A stretch of 64,000 bases of DNA. Source: Camelus dromedarius (Eukaryota). The notes beneath the pieces were generated by a model that was not told the origin of the DNA, searched no databases, and saw only the letters and a program-made list of their open reading frames with translations. Where the stretch lies: positions 43,154,001 to 43,218,000 of the forward strand of contig NC_087436.1 of the NCBI RefSeq assembly GCF_036321535.1, in the 5' to 3' direction. A program made the translations under genes and the position numbers. This document shows, one piece after another, positions 63,030 to 64,000 of this stretch (position 1 is the first letter of the stretch; each line of letters starts with the position of its first letter).

Positions 63030-64000
63030 CTGTGCAAAAGACAATCAAGTTAGTCAAAAACATGCAGAAACGATTCTCACACAACTCCATGCTGGCACAT
63101 TGCAGGCAATAATGTTACATCATCACATAAGGTCACCGTTTCTTCAAACGTGGTCGGTGTTGGGTTTAGAAAGTGGTGGTGTCCTCCTGGAGGCTCTGAA
63201 CTTGGCTTATATGTGGTGGGCAGGTGTGTCATTGTTTGTGTGGTTACAGAGAAAACAAAAGGGAAGAAAAGTCCATGGGCCTACCCTTCCAAGAGAGAAA
63301 AGTGAGGCAATTATACTTTAGAAGTTCTAAAATGTTTTCAAGTAGACTGATGGGTCAGATTATAAAAGTTTGAAGATGCATCACAGATAAGCAAGTGGAT
63401 TTCTGATGATGGGCTATTTCTTAGAGCAGGAAATCATTACCTGTTTTACTTCAAAAATCTAAAGACATGACTGCCTCTATAATGAATGTTTCAGCTTAGC
63501 TAACGTTTTCCTTAGGGAAGAGGTGTTGTAAATTAATAGAAATCATTATTTATGTTGATAATTTTTTACACCCAGAAGTTATATTGTTTATATTAAAACA
63601 TTTTTAGAAGGAGTTGTTGGATATTGCTGGAAATCATTATTTATGTTGATAATATTTTATAGCCAAAAGTTATATTTCTTATATTAAAATGTATTTATGA
63701 CATACGCCAATCAGATACATTTTATTTTAAAAAGAAATGATTATTAAGTTCCTGAACAATTTTCAAGAAAAGTATGGAGGACTTCTGGAGTAACTGGAAG
63801 AAGATATCTCTTAGAAGCAAAGGAACGTGGAGAGTCTTTAAGGTACTTCCTAACTTTCTGTACTCAGCTAGCGTGCAGGAATTGGGGGAAATTACATAAA
63901 AATTTGTTAACTAACCCCATGCTTAATCCTTATGTGTTATATTTAAGCATTATATTTTTATTTGAATAATGATGTCTCTATATAGAATAGTTATGCCTAT

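Noticed and set aside
62845..63321. 158-aa plus-strand ORF, and similar ORFs at 62528, 57178 and 30455
   Set aside because: These are antisense shadows of ANK2 coding exons with no independent gene structure.
1..64000. CRISPR arrays, operons or other prokaryotic systems
   Set aside because: The sequence is clearly mammalian exon-intron DNA; no repeat-spacer arrays were seen.

Overview
Mammalian genomic DNA carrying an internal ~61.5-kb part of ANK2 (ankyrin-B) on the minus strand. The tRNA-derived SINE family and the young L1 suggest a camelid, which is an inference. I read 15 core coding exons base by base, all with canonical GT-AG sites and 1712 nt in total. They correspond roughly to exons 12-26 of the human reference transcript (numbering from memory) and encode the C-terminal ANK repeats and the linker before ZU5. 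Three in-frame cassette exons (54, 12 and 36 nt) and one weaker 18-nt candidate lie in the linker region. The introns hold L1, L2, CR1/L3, MIR, SINEs, MaLR LTRs, MER5/MER53/Tigger DNA elements and a decayed ERV1-type provirus (integrase tail, env remnant, 3' LTR) with a nested SINE. The most unusual observation is a 35-bp tandem duplication across the 3' splice site of the 73-nt exon, which creates a competing frameshifting acceptor. I see no evidence for a new gene system, and nearly all other ORF-track entries look like chance ORFs or repeat remnants.
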